From: Planctomycetota bacterium
GTDB taxonomy: Bacteria > Planctomycetota > B15-G4 > SIAN01
Assembly (NCBI GenBank): GCA_031409275.1
Contig: JANNXA010000009.1
Span: 96,001-160,000 of the forward strand
DNA: 64,000 bases
Direction: 5' to 3'
Each line of letters starts with the position of its first letter. Within the stretch, counting starts at the first letter, position 1. Made by a program: the position numbers and the translations under genes. Below, piece by piece: positions 27,983-39,091 of this stretch. The notes under the pieces were generated by a model. That model was not told the origin of the DNA. It was given only the letters and a program-made list of their open reading frames with translations, and searched no databases.

Positions 27983-28204
27983 GCGGAGCTCCCGAGCGAT
28001 CTGGCGGAGTGCGGGAAACTAGCGATTGAACCGCAACGCGCGCAGTCGGGCATGGTGCGCGGCGTCTGGAGGTTCCCGCGATGAGGGCATTCGCCCCCGG
28101 TTCGACGCTCTGGAAGGAGGAGTCGCGCCGCCGCGCCGCCGGCGGGCTCCTCGCGTTGCGCGGCGCGTGGCGCCACCGACGCGAGGAGCTCGAGGCCGCC
28201 GCCC

Positions 28205-30808
28205 TCAGCAGATGACGTTGACGATCTTCCGCGGCACGACGATCACCTTCTTCGCCGGCTTGCCCTCCATCGCGCGCTGCACCTTCTCGCTCGCGAGCGC
28301 GAGCTGCTGGCAGAGCGCCGCGTCGGCGGCGACCGGGATCTTGATGGTGTCGCGCACCTTGCCATTCACCTGCACGGCGATCTCGAGCTCGTCATCGACG
28401 CACAGCGCCGCATCGAACGTCGGCCACGGCGCATTGGCGATCGACTCGCGGTGACCGAGCGCGGCCCACACCTCTTCGGCGAAGTGCGGCGCGAACGGCG
28501 CGAGCAGCAGGACGAACTTCTCGAGCAGCGACCGCGGCAGCCGCTCGCGACCGGTCGCGGCATTCACGAAGACCATCATCGCGCTGATCGCCGTGTTGAA
28601 TCCCATCACGGCGAGGTCGGCGGTCACCTTCTGGATCGTCTTGTGGAGGAGCTTCTCGAGCTCCTTGTCCTCGGGCTGCAGCGGGCCGTCGACGAGCGCC
28701 GGGTTCAACACATCGACCGTCGCCCCCTTCGGCGTCATGAACCAGAGGCGCCACGCGCGCTCGAGGAAGCGATAGACCCCCTCGACGCCATTGGTCTGCC
28801 AGACGCCGCCTGACTCCATCGGGCCGATGAAGCACTCATAGAGGCGCATCGAGTCGGCGCCGTAGTCGCGCACGACATCGTCGGGGTTGACGACGTTGTA
28901 GCGCGACTTGCTCATCTTCTCGATCTGCGTCTTCACGGCGACGCCGCTCGCCTTGACCCGCCACTGCCCGCTGCCGAGCGCCGTCTCCTCGACATCGTCG
29001 GGGTAGTAGTACTTGCCGGCCGCGTCCTGGAAGCTCGCCGCGACGATCATTCCCTGGTTGCGCAGCTTCTGGAACGGCTCCTTCGTCGTGACGAGGCCGA
29101 GGTCGAAGAGCACCTTGTGCCAGAAGCGGGCATACAACAGGTGCAGCACCGCGTGCTCGACGCCGCCGACGTAGAGGTCGACGGGCATCCAATACGACTC
29201 CGCCTCCTTCGACCACGGCGCCTGCGAGTTCTTCGGGTCGATGAAGCGCAGGTAGTACCAGCACGAGCCGGCCCACTGCGGCATCGTGTTGGTTTCGCGT
29301 GTCGCCGGCTTGCCGCTGCGCGGATCGGTCGTCTTCACCCATTCGGTCGCGCGAGCGAGCGGCGGCTGCCCATCGGCCGTCGGCTTGTATTCATCGATCG
29401 GCGGCAGCAGCAGCGGGAGATCCTCGTAGGGAACCGCCACCGTCGTGCCATCCTCGAGGTGGAGCACGGGGAAAGGCTCGCCCCAGTAGCGCTGCCGTGA
29501 GAAGAGCCAGTCGCGCAGCTTGTACTGGACGCGCTCTTTGCCGAGCCGCTTCTCCTCGAGCCACTTCGTCATCGCCGCCTTGGCGTCGACGGTGCCCTTG
29601 CCATCGAGGAAGTTCGAGTTCACCGCGACCCCGTCGTCGACGTAGGCCGCCTGCTGAACATCACATTTCGCCGCGACGCCACTCGCGCCGGCCGCCGGCG
29701 CCACCACCTGCACGATCGGCAGACCGAATGCCATCGCGAAGGCGTGGTCGCGCTCGTCGTGGCCAGGCACCGCCATGATCGCGCCGGTTCCGTAACCCCA
29801 CAGGACGTAGTCGGCGACCCAGATCGGGATCGCCTGGCCGGTCGCCGGGTTCAGCGCGAACGCGCCCGTGAACGCGCCCGTCTTCTCCTTGGTGTCCGCC
29901 ATGCGATCGCGCTCGGCCTTGTTCTTCGCGGCCGTCACGTACGCATCGACGGTCGCGCGCTGCGCCGGCGCGGTGATCTTCGCGACCAGCGGGTGCTCGG
30001 GCGCCAGCACGCAATAGGTGGCGCCGAAGAGCGTGTCGGGACGCGTGGTGAAGACCGTGAACGACGCGGGAGCTCCGCCGCTCGCGCCGCCGCCACCTTG
30101 CACCGCGAACGTGACCTCCGCGCCACTGCTCTTGCCGATCCAGTGGCGCTGCATCTCCTTCAGCGACTCGGGCCAGTCGAGGCCGTCCAGGTCGCTGATC
30201 AGCCGCTCGGCATACGCCGTGATCTTCATCATCCACTGCCGCATCGAGCGCTTCTCGACCGGGTCGCCGGTCTCGACGTACTTGCCGTCCTGCACCTCTT
30301 CGTTGGCCAGCACGGTGCCGAGCGCCGGGCACCAGTTCACGGCGACCTCTGCCTGGTAGGCGAGCCCCTTCTCGTAGAGCTTGAGGAAGATCCACTGCGT
30401 CCACTTGTAGTACTCGACATCGGTCGTCGAGACTTCGCGCTCCCAGTCGTAGGCGAAACCGAGTCGCTGGATCTGCTGGCGGAAGTTCGCGACGTTGCGC
30501 TTGGTGATGACCGCCGGGTGGAGGTTCTCGCGCACCGCGGCGCGCTCGGCCGGCAACCCGAACGCATCCCATCCCATCGGATGGAGCACGTTGAAGCCCT
30601 GCATCCGCTTCCAGCGCGAGATCACGTCGGTCGCCGTGTAGCCCTTCGGATGGCCGACGTGGAGCCCCGAGCCGCTCGGGTAAGGGAACATGTCGAGCAC
30701 GTAGTACTTCGGCTTGCTGCGATCGAGCTGCACGCTGAAGGTCTTCTCGCGCAGCCACTTCTCCTGCCAGCGCGGCTCGATCGAATGCGGGTTGTAGGGC
30801 ATCGGCAT
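28205..30808 (-). CDS. leuS: Leucine--tRNA ligase
   Basis: [14 protein letters not shown], editing domain [34 protein letters not shown] and QVNGKVR; start at 30802 or 30808. Confidence 0.98.
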   Translation of the reverse strand: MPMPYNPHSIEPRWQEKWLREKTFSVQLDRSKPKYYVLDMFPYPSGSGLHVGHPKGYTATDVISRWKRMQGFNVLHPMGWDAFGLPAERAAVRENLHPAVITKRNVANFRQQIQRLGFAYDWEREVSTTDVEYYKWTQWIFLKLYEKGLAYQAEVAVNWCPALGTVLANEEVQDGKYVETGDPVEKRSMRQWMMKITAYAERLISDLDGLDWPESLKEMQRHWIGKSSGAEVTFAVQGGGGASGGAPASFTVFTTRPDTLFGATYCVLAPEHPLVAKITAPAQRATVDAYVTAAKNKAERDRMADTKEKTGAFTGAFALNPATGQAIPIWVADYVLWGYGTGAIMAVPGHDERDHAFAMAFGLPIVQVVAPAAGASGVAAKCDVQQAAYVDDGVAVNSNFLDGKGTVDAKAAMTKWLEEKRLGKERVQYKLRDWLFSRQRYWGEPFPVLHLEDGTTVAVPYEDLPLLLPPIDEYKPTADGQPPLARATEWVKTTDPRSGKPATRETNTMPQWAGSCWYYLRFIDPKNSQAPWSKEAESYWMPVDLYVGGVEHAVLHLLYARFWHKVLFDLGLVTTKEPFQKLRNQGMIVAASFQDAAGKYYYPDDVEETALGSGQWRVKASGVAVKTQIEKMSKSRYNVVNPDDVVRDYGADSMRLYECFIGPMESGGVWQTNGVEGVYRFLERAWRLWFMTPKGATVDVLNPALVDGPLQPEDKELEKLLHKTIQKVTADLAVMGFNTAISAMMVFVNAATGRERLPRSLLEKFVLLLAPFAPHFAEEVWAALGHRESIANAPWPTFDAALCVDDELEIAVQVNGKVRDTIKIPVAADAALCQQLALASEKVQRAMEGKPAKKVIVVPRKIVNVIC

Positions 30809-31242
30809 CCATCCGTGGGCGCGCCCCGGATCGGGCGCGAGGGGCCGGGATGATACGCCGCCGCTCCACGCGCCCGCGCCGTGCCGTCGGCGAAGCGCTG
30901 AAGTGGCCACTTCACGTGGTCCCGCATCAGCGCGACGATTCCAAGGTGAAGTGGAGCTTGAACTCGGCTTCGAGCTCATCCGGCGGTTGAACGGCGACCA
31001 CCCCGTCGGCATCCGCATGGTCGATCCGCTGCCGCGAAGTGCCGACGCGACCTGCGGACGTGCAGCGTGGTGCCGAGCAACGCCCCGACGTCCCCGTTCG
31101 GCTCGACCGACGGGCCCGTCCTCTTCTTCAATCGCCGCGCGACCCGAGCGGCCCGAACCGACACCAACGGAGCGCGCTGGTTGGCACGCCGTGCCGCACG
31201 ACCGCGCATTGATGAGCTTTTCGCTCGGCCCAGGAGAACCCA

Positions 31243-32613
31243 ATGGTCGCTCGCCCGCTCGCCGTACTCGCCGCGGTACTGCTCACGACCGGCGCCGCCA
31301 CGGCGCAGATCCAGTTCGGCTATCGGGCGCTCGCGCTGCTGCCTGGCGACCAGCTCGCAACGCCCATCGCGATGAACGCACATGGAGACATCGTCGGCAC
31401 GTCGTTCGACGCCGCCTACGTCGCCTGCGCGACGCTCTGGATCGATGGCGTACCGCAATCGCTCGGCACGCTGCCGGGAACGACCTCGTCGTACGCCCTC
31501 GCACTCAACCAACTGCGCGAGGTCGTCGGGATCTCGACGACGAGCGGATCACCTGACCGGTCCGCCTGGATCTGGGACGCCGTGAACGGCATGCGCGAGC
31601 TGCCGCCACCGATCGGCCACTCCAACGCGATGGCCCGCGACCTCAACGAGTCCGGGACGATCATCGGCTCCTCCGTCGACGCGAGCGGGTTCACGCAGAT
31701 CGTCCGATGGGATCACCTCGGCGCGGCGACGCTGCTCGGCGTCCCTGCCGGCTACGACGACGCGGCCCCGGCCGGGATCAACCGCTTCGGCGAGATCTGC
31801 GGAACCGCGACTGCGTCGGGTGGCCGCGTCGCCGATGCGCTGCGTTACGACGACGTCAACGGATTCCGCATGCTGCCGCCGCCCGGAACCGGACGCACCT
31901 CTTCCAACGACATCCGTGATGACGGCATCGTTTGCGGCGCCGCAACCGATGACGGCGAGCTCATCACCTGGAACGGACTGGTGCCGACCTCGCTCGGCTT
32001 CGGCAAGAACGGCGGTTTCCTGTGGGGAGTGGATCGCAACGAGCAAGGCTGGATCATCGGCTTCGGCAACGCCGACGAGGGGCTCGAGTTCTATGACGGC
32101 CACCGCTTCGACTACGTCGTCGACCTGCTTCCCTCGAGCGTCGGCGCCTACTCGATGGACTCGACGTGGGTCGCTGACAACGGCTGCCTGCTCGGCACCC
32201 CCGTCGACGACAACTACGAACTGCTCGCTGGATTCGTCCTCGAGCCCCCGAGCCGTCTCGAGATCGACGGCGGTCAGATCGGCGGCACCATCGCCTTCCG
32301 CCACGTCGCGCCGACCTTCCCTGGCAAGCTGGCCGCGACGCTCGTCTCGCTGACCGGCATGGTGGGCAGCTTCCACGTCGGGAAGGGAACGCACGTGCGG
32401 CTCGACTTCGACATCGCCACCGCGACGCTGCTCGGCTTCCCGGGCATCGGCATCCTCGCGCTCGATGGCAGCGGTCGCGCGACGACCGCAGCGATCGACA
32501 TCGACAACGACCCGGCGCTGAGCGGCCTGCCCGGATGGGCCTGCAGCGTCGTCTTCCAGGGTGGCAAGACGCCGCCGGTCGGCTCGACGACGATGCCCTT
32601 CATCCTCGAGTGA
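31243..32613 (+). CDS. Secreted HAF-like repeat beta-propeller protein with C-terminal beta-sandwich domain
   Basis: AGGAG RBS and signal peptide (ATAQ); repeats [10 protein letters not shown] / LGTLPG / [10 protein letters not shown] / [10 protein letters not shown]. Confidence 0.8.
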   Translation: MVARPLAVLAAVLLTTGAATAQIQFGYRALALLPGDQLATPIAMNAHGDIVGTSFDAAYVACATLWIDGVPQSLGTLPGTTSSYALALNQLREVVGISTTSGSPDRSAWIWDAVNGMRELPPPIGHSNAMARDLNESGTIIGSSVDASGFTQIVRWDHLGAATLLGVPAGYDDAAPAGINRFGEICGTATASGGRVADALRYDDVNGFRMLPPPGTGRTSSNDIRDDGIVCGAATDDGELITWNGLVPTSLGFGKNGGFLWGVDRNEQGWIIGFGNADEGLEFYDGHRFDYVVDLLPSSVGAYSMDSTWVADNGCLLGTPVDDNYELLAGFVLEPPSRLEIDGGQIGGTIAFRHVAPTFPGKLAATLVSLTGMVGSFHVGKGTHVRLDFDIATATLLGFPGIGILALDGSGRATTAAIDIDNDPALSGLPGWACSVVFQGGKTPPVGSTTMPFILE

Positions 32614-32742
32614 CGCGCGCGAACGACGCGCTTCCGCTGACACGCGACGTACCCGCCGCGTAGTCCGCTTCGCAGTGGATCGCTCCGTCCGCCGCGCGCG
32701 CACCCTTTGCCCCGGGGCGCGCGCGGCGGCCCGCCGTTTGTC

Positions 32743-33183
32743 ATGTCGACCGCCATGTCGACGCTCCTTTCACTCCAGAACGACCCCGAGGTGCTGCGGC
32801 TCCTCCCGTGGTGCCTGATCGTCGCCGGCTTCCTCTCGGGCGCCACGCTCGGCCTCTTCTTCCATCGCGACGACTTCCTCGGCGGCTACGGGTCGTTCCG
32901 ACGCCGCCTGGTGCGCCTGGGCCACATCGCCTGCATCGCGCTTGGAGTGCTGGCGCTGCAGCTGCAGCAGTCGCTCGCGACGCTTCCCGCGTCGCCACCC
33001 GGTTGGATCGCGCCCGCCTTCCTCGTTGGCGCGCTGTTGATGCCGACGACCTGCTTCCTCACCGCGTGGCGCCGCCCGTTTCGCCACCTCTTCGCGTTGC
33101 CCGTGACGCTGCTGGTCGCGCCGATCGTCGCGCTGCTGATCGCCCTGGCCACGTCGATCGACCCGTCGCACCACGCCCCGTGA
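32743..33183 (+). CDS. Small 4-TM hypothetical membrane protein
   Basis: Hydrophobic helices and GGYGSFRRRLVRLGH; lies directly upstream of the B12 radical SAM gene. Confidence 0.7.
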   Translation: MSTAMSTLLSLQNDPEVLRLLPWCLIVAGFLSGATLGLFFHRDDFLGGYGSFRRRLVRLGHIACIALGVLALQLQQSLATLPASPPGWIAPAFLVGALLMPTTCFLTAWRRPFRHLFALPVTLLVAPIVALLIALATSIDPSHHAP

Positions 33184-33211
33184 GCGGCCGCGCGCCGCAT
33201 TGGAGTTCGCC

Positions 33212-34564
33212 ATGAGAATCGGCTTCCTCGCGATGAGCGGCATTCGGGCGCACGACCCGGAACTGCTGGCATTGGGCCTGACGCTGCCCGGCTTCGTCGC
33301 ACGCAGCAAGCAGATCGCCGCGCTGCCGAGCCTCGGCCTGCTGCTGCTCGCCGCGGTGACGCCGCCGGGCCACGAGCTGCGCTACTTCGAGGCGCCCGCC
33401 GACGGCAGCGAACCGCGCGAGCTCTACGACTGCGACCTCGTCGCGATCAGCACCTTCTCCGCCCAGATCTTCGAGGCCTACGCCATCGCCGATCGACTGC
33501 GCGCGCGCGGCGTGAAGGTGGCGATGGGCGGCCTGCACGTCAGCGTGCGTCCAGACGAAGCGGCCGACCACGCCGACTACCTGGTGATCGGCGAGGGGGA
33601 GGTGGTCTGGCCCGAAGTCGTGGCGGCGGCGGAGCGGAACGCCACCTCGGCGCGCTTCGACGGACGCGCCGCCGGGCCCGTCGATCTCGCGACGCTGCCG
33701 GTGCCGCGCTACGACCTGCTGGCCGGCCGCCACTACTCGCGCTTCACCGTGCAGACGAGCCGCGGCTGCCCCTGGCGCTGCGAGTTCTGCGCGTCGACCG
33801 TGATGCTGCAGCAGCGCTACCGCCGGCGCCCCGTCGCCCATGTGATGCGCGACCTCGCCGCGATCCGCGCCGTGCAACCCGGCGCTTTCATCGAGTTCGC
33901 CGACGACAACACCTTCGTCGACCACGCCTGGTCGCGCGAGCTATGCGAGGCGATCACGCCGCTGCGCATGAAGTGGTTCACCGAAACCGACCTCTCGGTG
34001 GCCGACGATCCGCAGCTGTGCGATGCCATTGCGCGCTCGGGCTGCCGGCAGCTGCTGATCGGGCTCGAGAGCCCCAACGAGCGCGCGTTGCGCGGCGTCG
34101 AGCAGCGCGCCGACTGGAAGGCGGGGCGCGCACGCGACTACGGCAAGAACCTGCACGAACTGCAGTCGCGCGGCGTCACCGTCAACGGCTGCTTCGTGCT
34201 CGGGCTCGACGAGCACGGGCCGGAGATCTTCGCGGAGGTGCTCGACTTCGCCGAGCGCCACGCGTTGTGGGAAGTGCAGGTGACGGCGCTCACGGCGTTC
34301 CCGGGCACGCCGCTGCATGAGCGGCTGGAACGCGAGGGGCGGCTGCTGAAGCCCGGCCGATGGGATCTCTGCACGCTCTTCGATGTCAACTTCGAACCCA
34401 AGGGCATGAGCGTCGAGGAGTTGCGCGCCGGCCTGCGCTGGCTCACCGAGCGGCTCTACTGCGACTCCGCGCTGCGTCGCCGCCGCAGGGCCTTCCTCGC
34501 GCGCCGTCGCGCCGCGCTCGGGACGCTGCCGCTTCGATCACGGATGCGCGCGGCGGTCGCCTGA
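33212..34564 (+). CDS. B12-binding radical SAM protein
   Basis: MGGLHVS and IGEGE (B12 domain); TSRGCPWRCEFC, FADDN and IGLES. Confidence 0.92.
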   Translation: MRIGFLAMSGIRAHDPELLALGLTLPGFVARSKQIAALPSLGLLLLAAVTPPGHELRYFEAPADGSEPRELYDCDLVAISTFSAQIFEAYAIADRLRARGVKVAMGGLHVSVRPDEAADHADYLVIGEGEVVWPEVVAAAERNATSARFDGRAAGPVDLATLPVPRYDLLAGRHYSRFTVQTSRGCPWRCEFCASTVMLQQRYRRRPVAHVMRDLAAIRAVQPGAFIEFADDNTFVDHAWSRELCEAITPLRMKWFTETDLSVADDPQLCDAIARSGCRQLLIGLESPNERALRGVEQRADWKAGRARDYGKNLHELQSRGVTVNGCFVLGLDEHGPEIFAEVLDFAERHALWEVQVTALTAFPGTPLHERLEREGRLLKPGRWDLCTLFDVNFEPKGMSVEELRAGLRWLTERLYCDSALRRRRRAFLARRRAALGTLPLRSRMRAAVA

Positions 34565-35830
34565 ACCCTCCGGGCTCGCAGCCGGATCGCTCGATTCGCC
34601 GGGAGTGCCCTTCGTCGCGAGCAGGCGCTGCGCCGGGTAGATGCTGCGTCGACCGGTCAACAAGTAGGCGACCATGCAGACGATCGCCGCATGCGGCAGG
34701 ATGCTCGCCCCGAACAGCTCGGCGGCCATCACGGTCATCGCAAGCGGCGTGTTCGACGCCGCCGCGAAGACCGCCGCGAGGCCGACGCCCGCGGCGAGCG
34801 GGAGCGGCAAGGCGAACATCTGACCCAGCAGGTTCCCGAGCGTCGCGCCGATGAAGAAGAGCGGCGTCACCTCGCCGCCGACGAAACCGACGCTGAGCGT
34901 GACCGCCGTGAAGAGCAGCTTCGCCGCGAAGGCGTAGCTCGGCAGCTGCGGATCGGTGAAGGCGCGCACGATGGTCGGGAGGCCGAGACCGAGGTAGGCG
35001 CTGCTGGCGAAGAGCTGCCAGAAGAAGACGACGATGGCGCCGCCGATGAACATCCGGATCGGCAGGCTCGGCAGCCAACGCGCCGCGCTCTTCTTCAGGA
35101 AGTGGGTCGACTCGATGAACACGACCGTGGCCGCGGCCACCACGATGGCGAACAACATCCACTTGCCGAGGAGCCCCGGTGTCATTTCCAGCGACGGGGC
35201 GATGGGATAGGCCGTGTGGACGATGCCCCACGCGCGCGTCGTCCAGTCACCGACCAGCGACGCCACCAGCGCCGGCAGCAGGGCCGTGTACTGCACGCGG
35301 CCGAGGATGACGAACTCGAGTCCGAAGAGTGCGCCGGCGATGGGCGTCCCGAACACCGAGCCGAAGCCGGCGGCGACGCCCGCGGCGAGGAGCGTGCGGC
35401 GCAACGGCAGCGGCAGGCGCAAGCGATGCCACACCTCGTCGGCGAGGCTCGCCCCCATCTGCACGGCCGTTCCCTCACGCCCCGCGCTGCCGCCGAAGAG
35501 GTGAGTGAGCACGGTGCCGATCAGCACCATCGGTGCCATTCGCAACGGCAGCTTCGACCCGCCGTCATGGATCGTGTCGATGACCAGGTTCTGCCCGGCT
35601 TCGATCGGTTTGCCGAACCGCTCGAGGATCCAGCCCATCCCCAAACCGGCGATCGGCAGCAACCAGACCAGCCACTCGCGGCGCTCGCGCACGTCGGTCG
35701 CCTGGTCGAGCGACCAGAGGAAGAGCGCGGAACCGCTGCCGCAAAGCAGGCCGACCAACGCGCCGAGCACGACCCATTGGGCCAGCGTCGCGACGCTGCG
35801 CAGCCGTCGATTCGAGGGAGAGTCGTTCAT
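34538..35830 (-). CDS. eriC: CLC-family channel/antiporter with fluoride-type (CLC-F) signature
   Basis: GQNLV, GGSAGREGT, FGTPIAG and GGEVTP. Confidence 0.88.
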   Translation of the reverse strand: MNDSPSNRRLRSVATLAQWVVLGALVGLLCGSGSALFLWSLDQATDVRERREWLVWLLPIAGLGMGWILERFGKPIEAGQNLVIDTIHDGGSKLPLRMAPMVLIGTVLTHLFGGSAGREGTAVQMGASLADEVWHRLRLPLPLRRTLLAAGVAAGFGSVFGTPIAGALFGLEFVILGRVQYTALLPALVASLVGDWTTRAWGIVHTAYPIAPSLEMTPGLLGKWMLFAIVVAAATVVFIESTHFLKKSAARWLPSLPIRMFIGGAIVVFFWQLFASSAYLGLGLPTIVRAFTDPQLPSYAFAAKLLFTAVTLSVGFVGGEVTPLFFIGATLGNLLGQMFALPLPLAAGVGLAAVFAAASNTPLAMTVMAAELFGASILPHAAIVCMVAYLLTGRRSIYPAQRLLATKGTPGESSDPAASPEGSGDRRAHP

Positions 35831-35834
35831 GAGC

Positions 35835-36902
35835 TCAGCGTGGTACCGCGCCGCTCTTCGGAATCAATGCGGCGAGGTCGAGCGCGACTTCCCCCGACTT
35901 GCCATCGGCATCGACGACCACGAAGAGGCGGTCGTTGCGGCTGACGACTTCCGCGCCGACCGTCCCGCTCGCCTTCTTCGCGGCGACGAGCGGCACCGTC
36001 ATCTCGAACGGCGACGGCAGCAGCGCCATCCCCGCGAGCTCCGCGCGCAGTTCGTTCAGCTCCGCGTCGAGTTGCTCGATCGCCTGACGGACACGGGGTG
36101 AGGGGGCGGCGCCGCTGCGCTTCTTCATCGCCGCGCCCGCCGCTTCCTTGCGCGCGAGGCGGTCCGAGACCTTCGCTCGATCGCGCGAGGTGAACCGGAC
36201 CGTCGCGTTGGCCCCATCCGACTTCAGGTCGACGTCGAAGGCGCCATCGCTCTCCCCCACGTAGAAGGAGCCGACGCGACCCGCGCGCATGAAGCGGCCC
36301 GCCGGAACGTCGGCAGCCTTCGCACTGAACCAGCGCGAGCTCGCCGACTCGCCAGCGATCGCGAGCTCCGACTCGCGGGTCGCCAGAGCCGCCATCGGCG
36401 CGGAAAGTTCGAGCGGGCCGAATCGCACCACCAGCGCCTGTCGAGCGTCGACCTCGGCGAACGTGACGACGAGCTTCGCGGAAGGTTCCTTGGTGCCACG
36501 ATCGACCAGCTTCGCGGGGATCTCCCACTGCGTGTCGTCGGGGGCGACGTCCGTGTCGGAACCGTCGTAGGCGACGAAGGCGTATTCCTTGTCACCGAGC
36601 CGGCGCAGGTTCAGCCCGTAGCCGCCTGCCTCCACCAGCACTCCGCCGATCATCACGTCGCCGCCGTCGACCAGCAGCGTCGTGCGCCGGTCGGCGCCAA
36701 GCCGCCACTCCTTGCCGATCGGCAGCGATTGGTCGAGCTGCGCCGAGCGCGACTCGTTCCAGGGCGGCGCGCCGTACTCGATCGAGAGCTTCGCAGGACC
36801 GATCTGCTGTTCGGCCGTCCCGCGCGGCGCCTGCGCCTCGGCCGGCGGCGCGGCCGCCATCACCATCCCGACCAGCGCCATCCCGTGCACGATCGACCGC
36901 AT
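35835..36902 (-). CDS. Exported DUF2911-domain protein with C-terminal extension
   Basis: Signal peptide; APRG, SIEYGAP, WRLGAD and AGGYGL. Confidence 0.75.
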   Translation of the reverse strand: MRSIVHGMALVGMVMAAAPPAEAQAPRGTAEQQIGPAKLSIEYGAPPWNESRSAQLDQSLPIGKEWRLGADRRTTLLVDGGDVMIGGVLVEAGGYGLNLRRLGDKEYAFVAYDGSDTDVAPDDTQWEIPAKLVDRGTKEPSAKLVVTFAEVDARQALVVRFGPLELSAPMAALATRESELAIAGESASSRWFSAKAADVPAGRFMRAGRVGSFYVGESDGAFDVDLKSDGANATVRFTSRDRAKVSDRLARKEAAGAAMKKRSGAAPSPRVRQAIEQLDAELNELRAELAGMALLPSPFEMTVPLVAAKKASGTVGAEVVSRNDRLFVVVDADGKSGEVALDLAALIPKSGAVPR

Positions 36903-37046
36903 GAGCTGCTCCGCTGCGCGCCAACGACGGCCGCTCGGGTGAGCGGCGAGGCGGCGGAGCATACGAAGCGAGGGGCGACGGATCGCTCCGCCGCCCCTCG
37001 TGCATCGTTCGAAACGCGATCCCGCGAGCGGATCGCTGGCGTCCGG

Positions 37047-38588
37047 TCACACGTCGACGTGGACCCGATTTGAGCTGACCAACGGCCCGGTCGGGCTGAT
37101 CTTCCACGCGGTCACCCCGACGTTGAAGCCGAGCAGCGGGTTCTCCGCGTCGGTGTCGAAGGTGAGGCGGTGATCGGCGCCGAAGACGAAGGTCACGACC
37201 TCGATGAAGACCGGGATGCCGTCGACTTCGTCGACCACCAGCAGGACCGGCGCGTTCTCCTCGCCGTCGTAGATCGAGATGGTCATCGTCTGGCCCGGCA
37301 GCGGCTGGGTCGGGTTGATCTTGAGGTTGATCTCGTCGGCGTCGAAGGCGTAGACGCTGCCCCAGTCGGTGCCGCTCGTCGTGTCATTCGCGTAGCTGCC
37401 GATCAGGATGTGCTCGTCGCTGCAGGCGATCGCGACGGCGAAACCGTCGGAAGCGAGGCCATCGCTGGCCGCCAGATCCTGATCGAGGAACCAGCCCTTG
37501 TTGGCCTTGCCCTTGCGGAAGGTGTAGGCCATGCCCGAGTCGGTGCGACCGAAGGCGTTGTCGAGGTAGCTGCCGACGACGGCGAGCTTGCCGCTCATGG
37601 TCGCCGACTGGCCGAACTGGTCGCTGTTGACCGGGTCGGGGTTGGTGATCAGCCCGGTCTGCGTCCAGCTGCCGCTCGCGTTGCTGAAGAAGTAGGCGCC
37701 GCCGGCGTCGGTCGCGCCGCTGAGGTCGAGGTAGCGCGCGCCGACGACGATCTGGTCGCCCGAGACGCCAACCGCCGAGCCGAACCAGGCGTAGTTCTGG
37801 ATCGCCGCGGCCTGAAGCTCCGCCGTCTGCGTCCAGGTCGTGCCGCTCACCGTCCAGACACCGACCGTGCCGGTGTCACCGAAGCCCGGGTTCTCCTCCG
37901 TCGGCGAGCCGACCACCGCAGTGGCTCCATCGAACGCGAGGCTCCAGCCCGCCAAGTCGCTGACGCCGCCGCTCGGATCGACCAGTGTCGTCTCCTCGGC
38001 CCACTTCACGATCGAGTTCTTGTAGCGGTAGACGTAGACGAGGCCCGAATCGGTGCCGTTCGAAGTGTCGGCATAGGGCGCGCTGACCAGCAGCACGGTG
38101 CCGACCAGGCTGATCGTCAATCCGTACTGGTCGTTCACCGCGCCGACGCTGGGCGTCAGCTTCTGTTCCTGCGCCCAGACCCCTGTGCTGCTGTTGCGGC
38201 GGAAGATGTAGACCGCGCCTGCGTCGGCGCCCTTCGTGTTGTCCTCGAGGTAGCAGCCGACCACCGCAACATCGCCATCGACCGCGGTCGAGACGCCGAA
38301 GTTGGCGCCGATTTCGGGGTCGGAGGGCATCAGCTGCGCCTCGAAGCCCCAGCTCTGGGTGGTCGCGTTGAAGCGATAGACGAACGCAGTGCCGGCATTC
38401 GCACCGTTGGTGTCGTCGCCCGGGGAACCGGCGACCATCACGTCGCCCTTGGTCGCGATGCCGCGGCCGAACAGCTGCGTGGAGGTGCCGAGCGTCGGGG
38501 TGACGATCTGCTGCTCGAGCGCCTGGCCCGCGGCGAGGCTGGCGAATCCGGCCACGAGGCCGAGGGTGGAAACGATCGAACGACGCAT
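37047..38588 (-). CDS. Secreted FG-GAP (integrin-alpha-like) beta-propeller, paralog 1
   Basis: Signal peptide; about seven FG..VA.DG...VG(A/S)P...GAVY repeats; conserved C-terminal domain starting PTQP. Confidence 0.9.
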   Translation of the reverse strand: MRRSIVSTLGLVAGFASLAAGQALEQQIVTPTLGTSTQLFGRGIATKGDVMVAGSPGDDTNGANAGTAFVYRFNATTQSWGFEAQLMPSDPEIGANFGVSTAVDGDVAVVGCYLEDNTKGADAGAVYIFRRNSSTGVWAQEQKLTPSVGAVNDQYGLTISLVGTVLLVSAPYADTSNGTDSGLVYVYRYKNSIVKWAEETTLVDPSGGVSDLAGWSLAFDGATAVVGSPTEENPGFGDTGTVGVWTVSGTTWTQTAELQAAAIQNYAWFGSAVGVSGDQIVVGARYLDLSGATDAGGAYFFSNASGSWTQTGLITNPDPVNSDQFGQSATMSGKLAVVGSYLDNAFGRTDSGMAYTFRKGKANKGWFLDQDLAASDGLASDGFAVAIACSDEHILIGSYANDTTSGTDWGSVYAFDADEINLKINPTQPLPGQTMTISIYDGEENAPVLLVVDEVDGIPVFIEVVTFVFGADHRLTFDTDAENPLLGFNVGVTAWKISPTGPLVSSNRVHVDV

Positions 38589-38689
38589 GACGAGCTCCTG
38601 ATTCTTGGGATGCGCGAGGGAGTCGCGCAGGGGGGGTGCAGTTCTCCGCTCGTGCCCGGGTGGGCGGTCGACGAGCGGTTTCCCAAGAC

Positions 38690-38715
38690 AACCGGAGCTG
38701 GGATCAGGCGTTACA
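38690..38715 (-). promoter_or_regulatory. Putative ECF promoter TGTAAC-N16-GGTT
   Basis: Motif shared upstream of the array genes. Confidence 0.6.
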
Positions 38716-38782
38716 CGCCTCGTCGCCGTGGCTGGCGAACCACGGCGGCGAGGCGCAGGACTGCTTGAATCCCGGTGCTCAC

Positions 38783-39091
38783 TCAGAGGTCGACGTTCAC
38801 GCGGTCCGAGAAGACCACCGGCCCGGTCGGGCTCAGCTTGAGAGCAAGCAGGCCGACGTTGAACCCAAGCAGGGGGTTCTCCGCGTCGGCGTCGAACTCG
38901 TAGCGATGCGTGGCGTCGAACACGTCGAGCGTCAGCACGATCCAGGTCGGGATGCCGTCAATCTCGTCGACCACCAGCATCACCGGATCGCCTGGCGTCC
39001 CGTCATAGACCGAGACGCTGATCGTCTGGCCGGGAGCTGGCTGCGTCGGAGTGATGGAGAGGTTGATCTCGTCGGAGTCGAAGAGGTAGAC
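38783..39091 (-). repeat. 309-nt direct repeat copy A (3' end of paralog 2)
   Basis: 12 mismatches against 40540-40848 by manual alignment. Confidence 0.9.

Noticed and set aside
30860..31200. T-box or leader upstream of leuS, or a gene remnant
   Set aside because: No T-box consensus or terminator was seen, and the coding-like fragment is unidentifiable.
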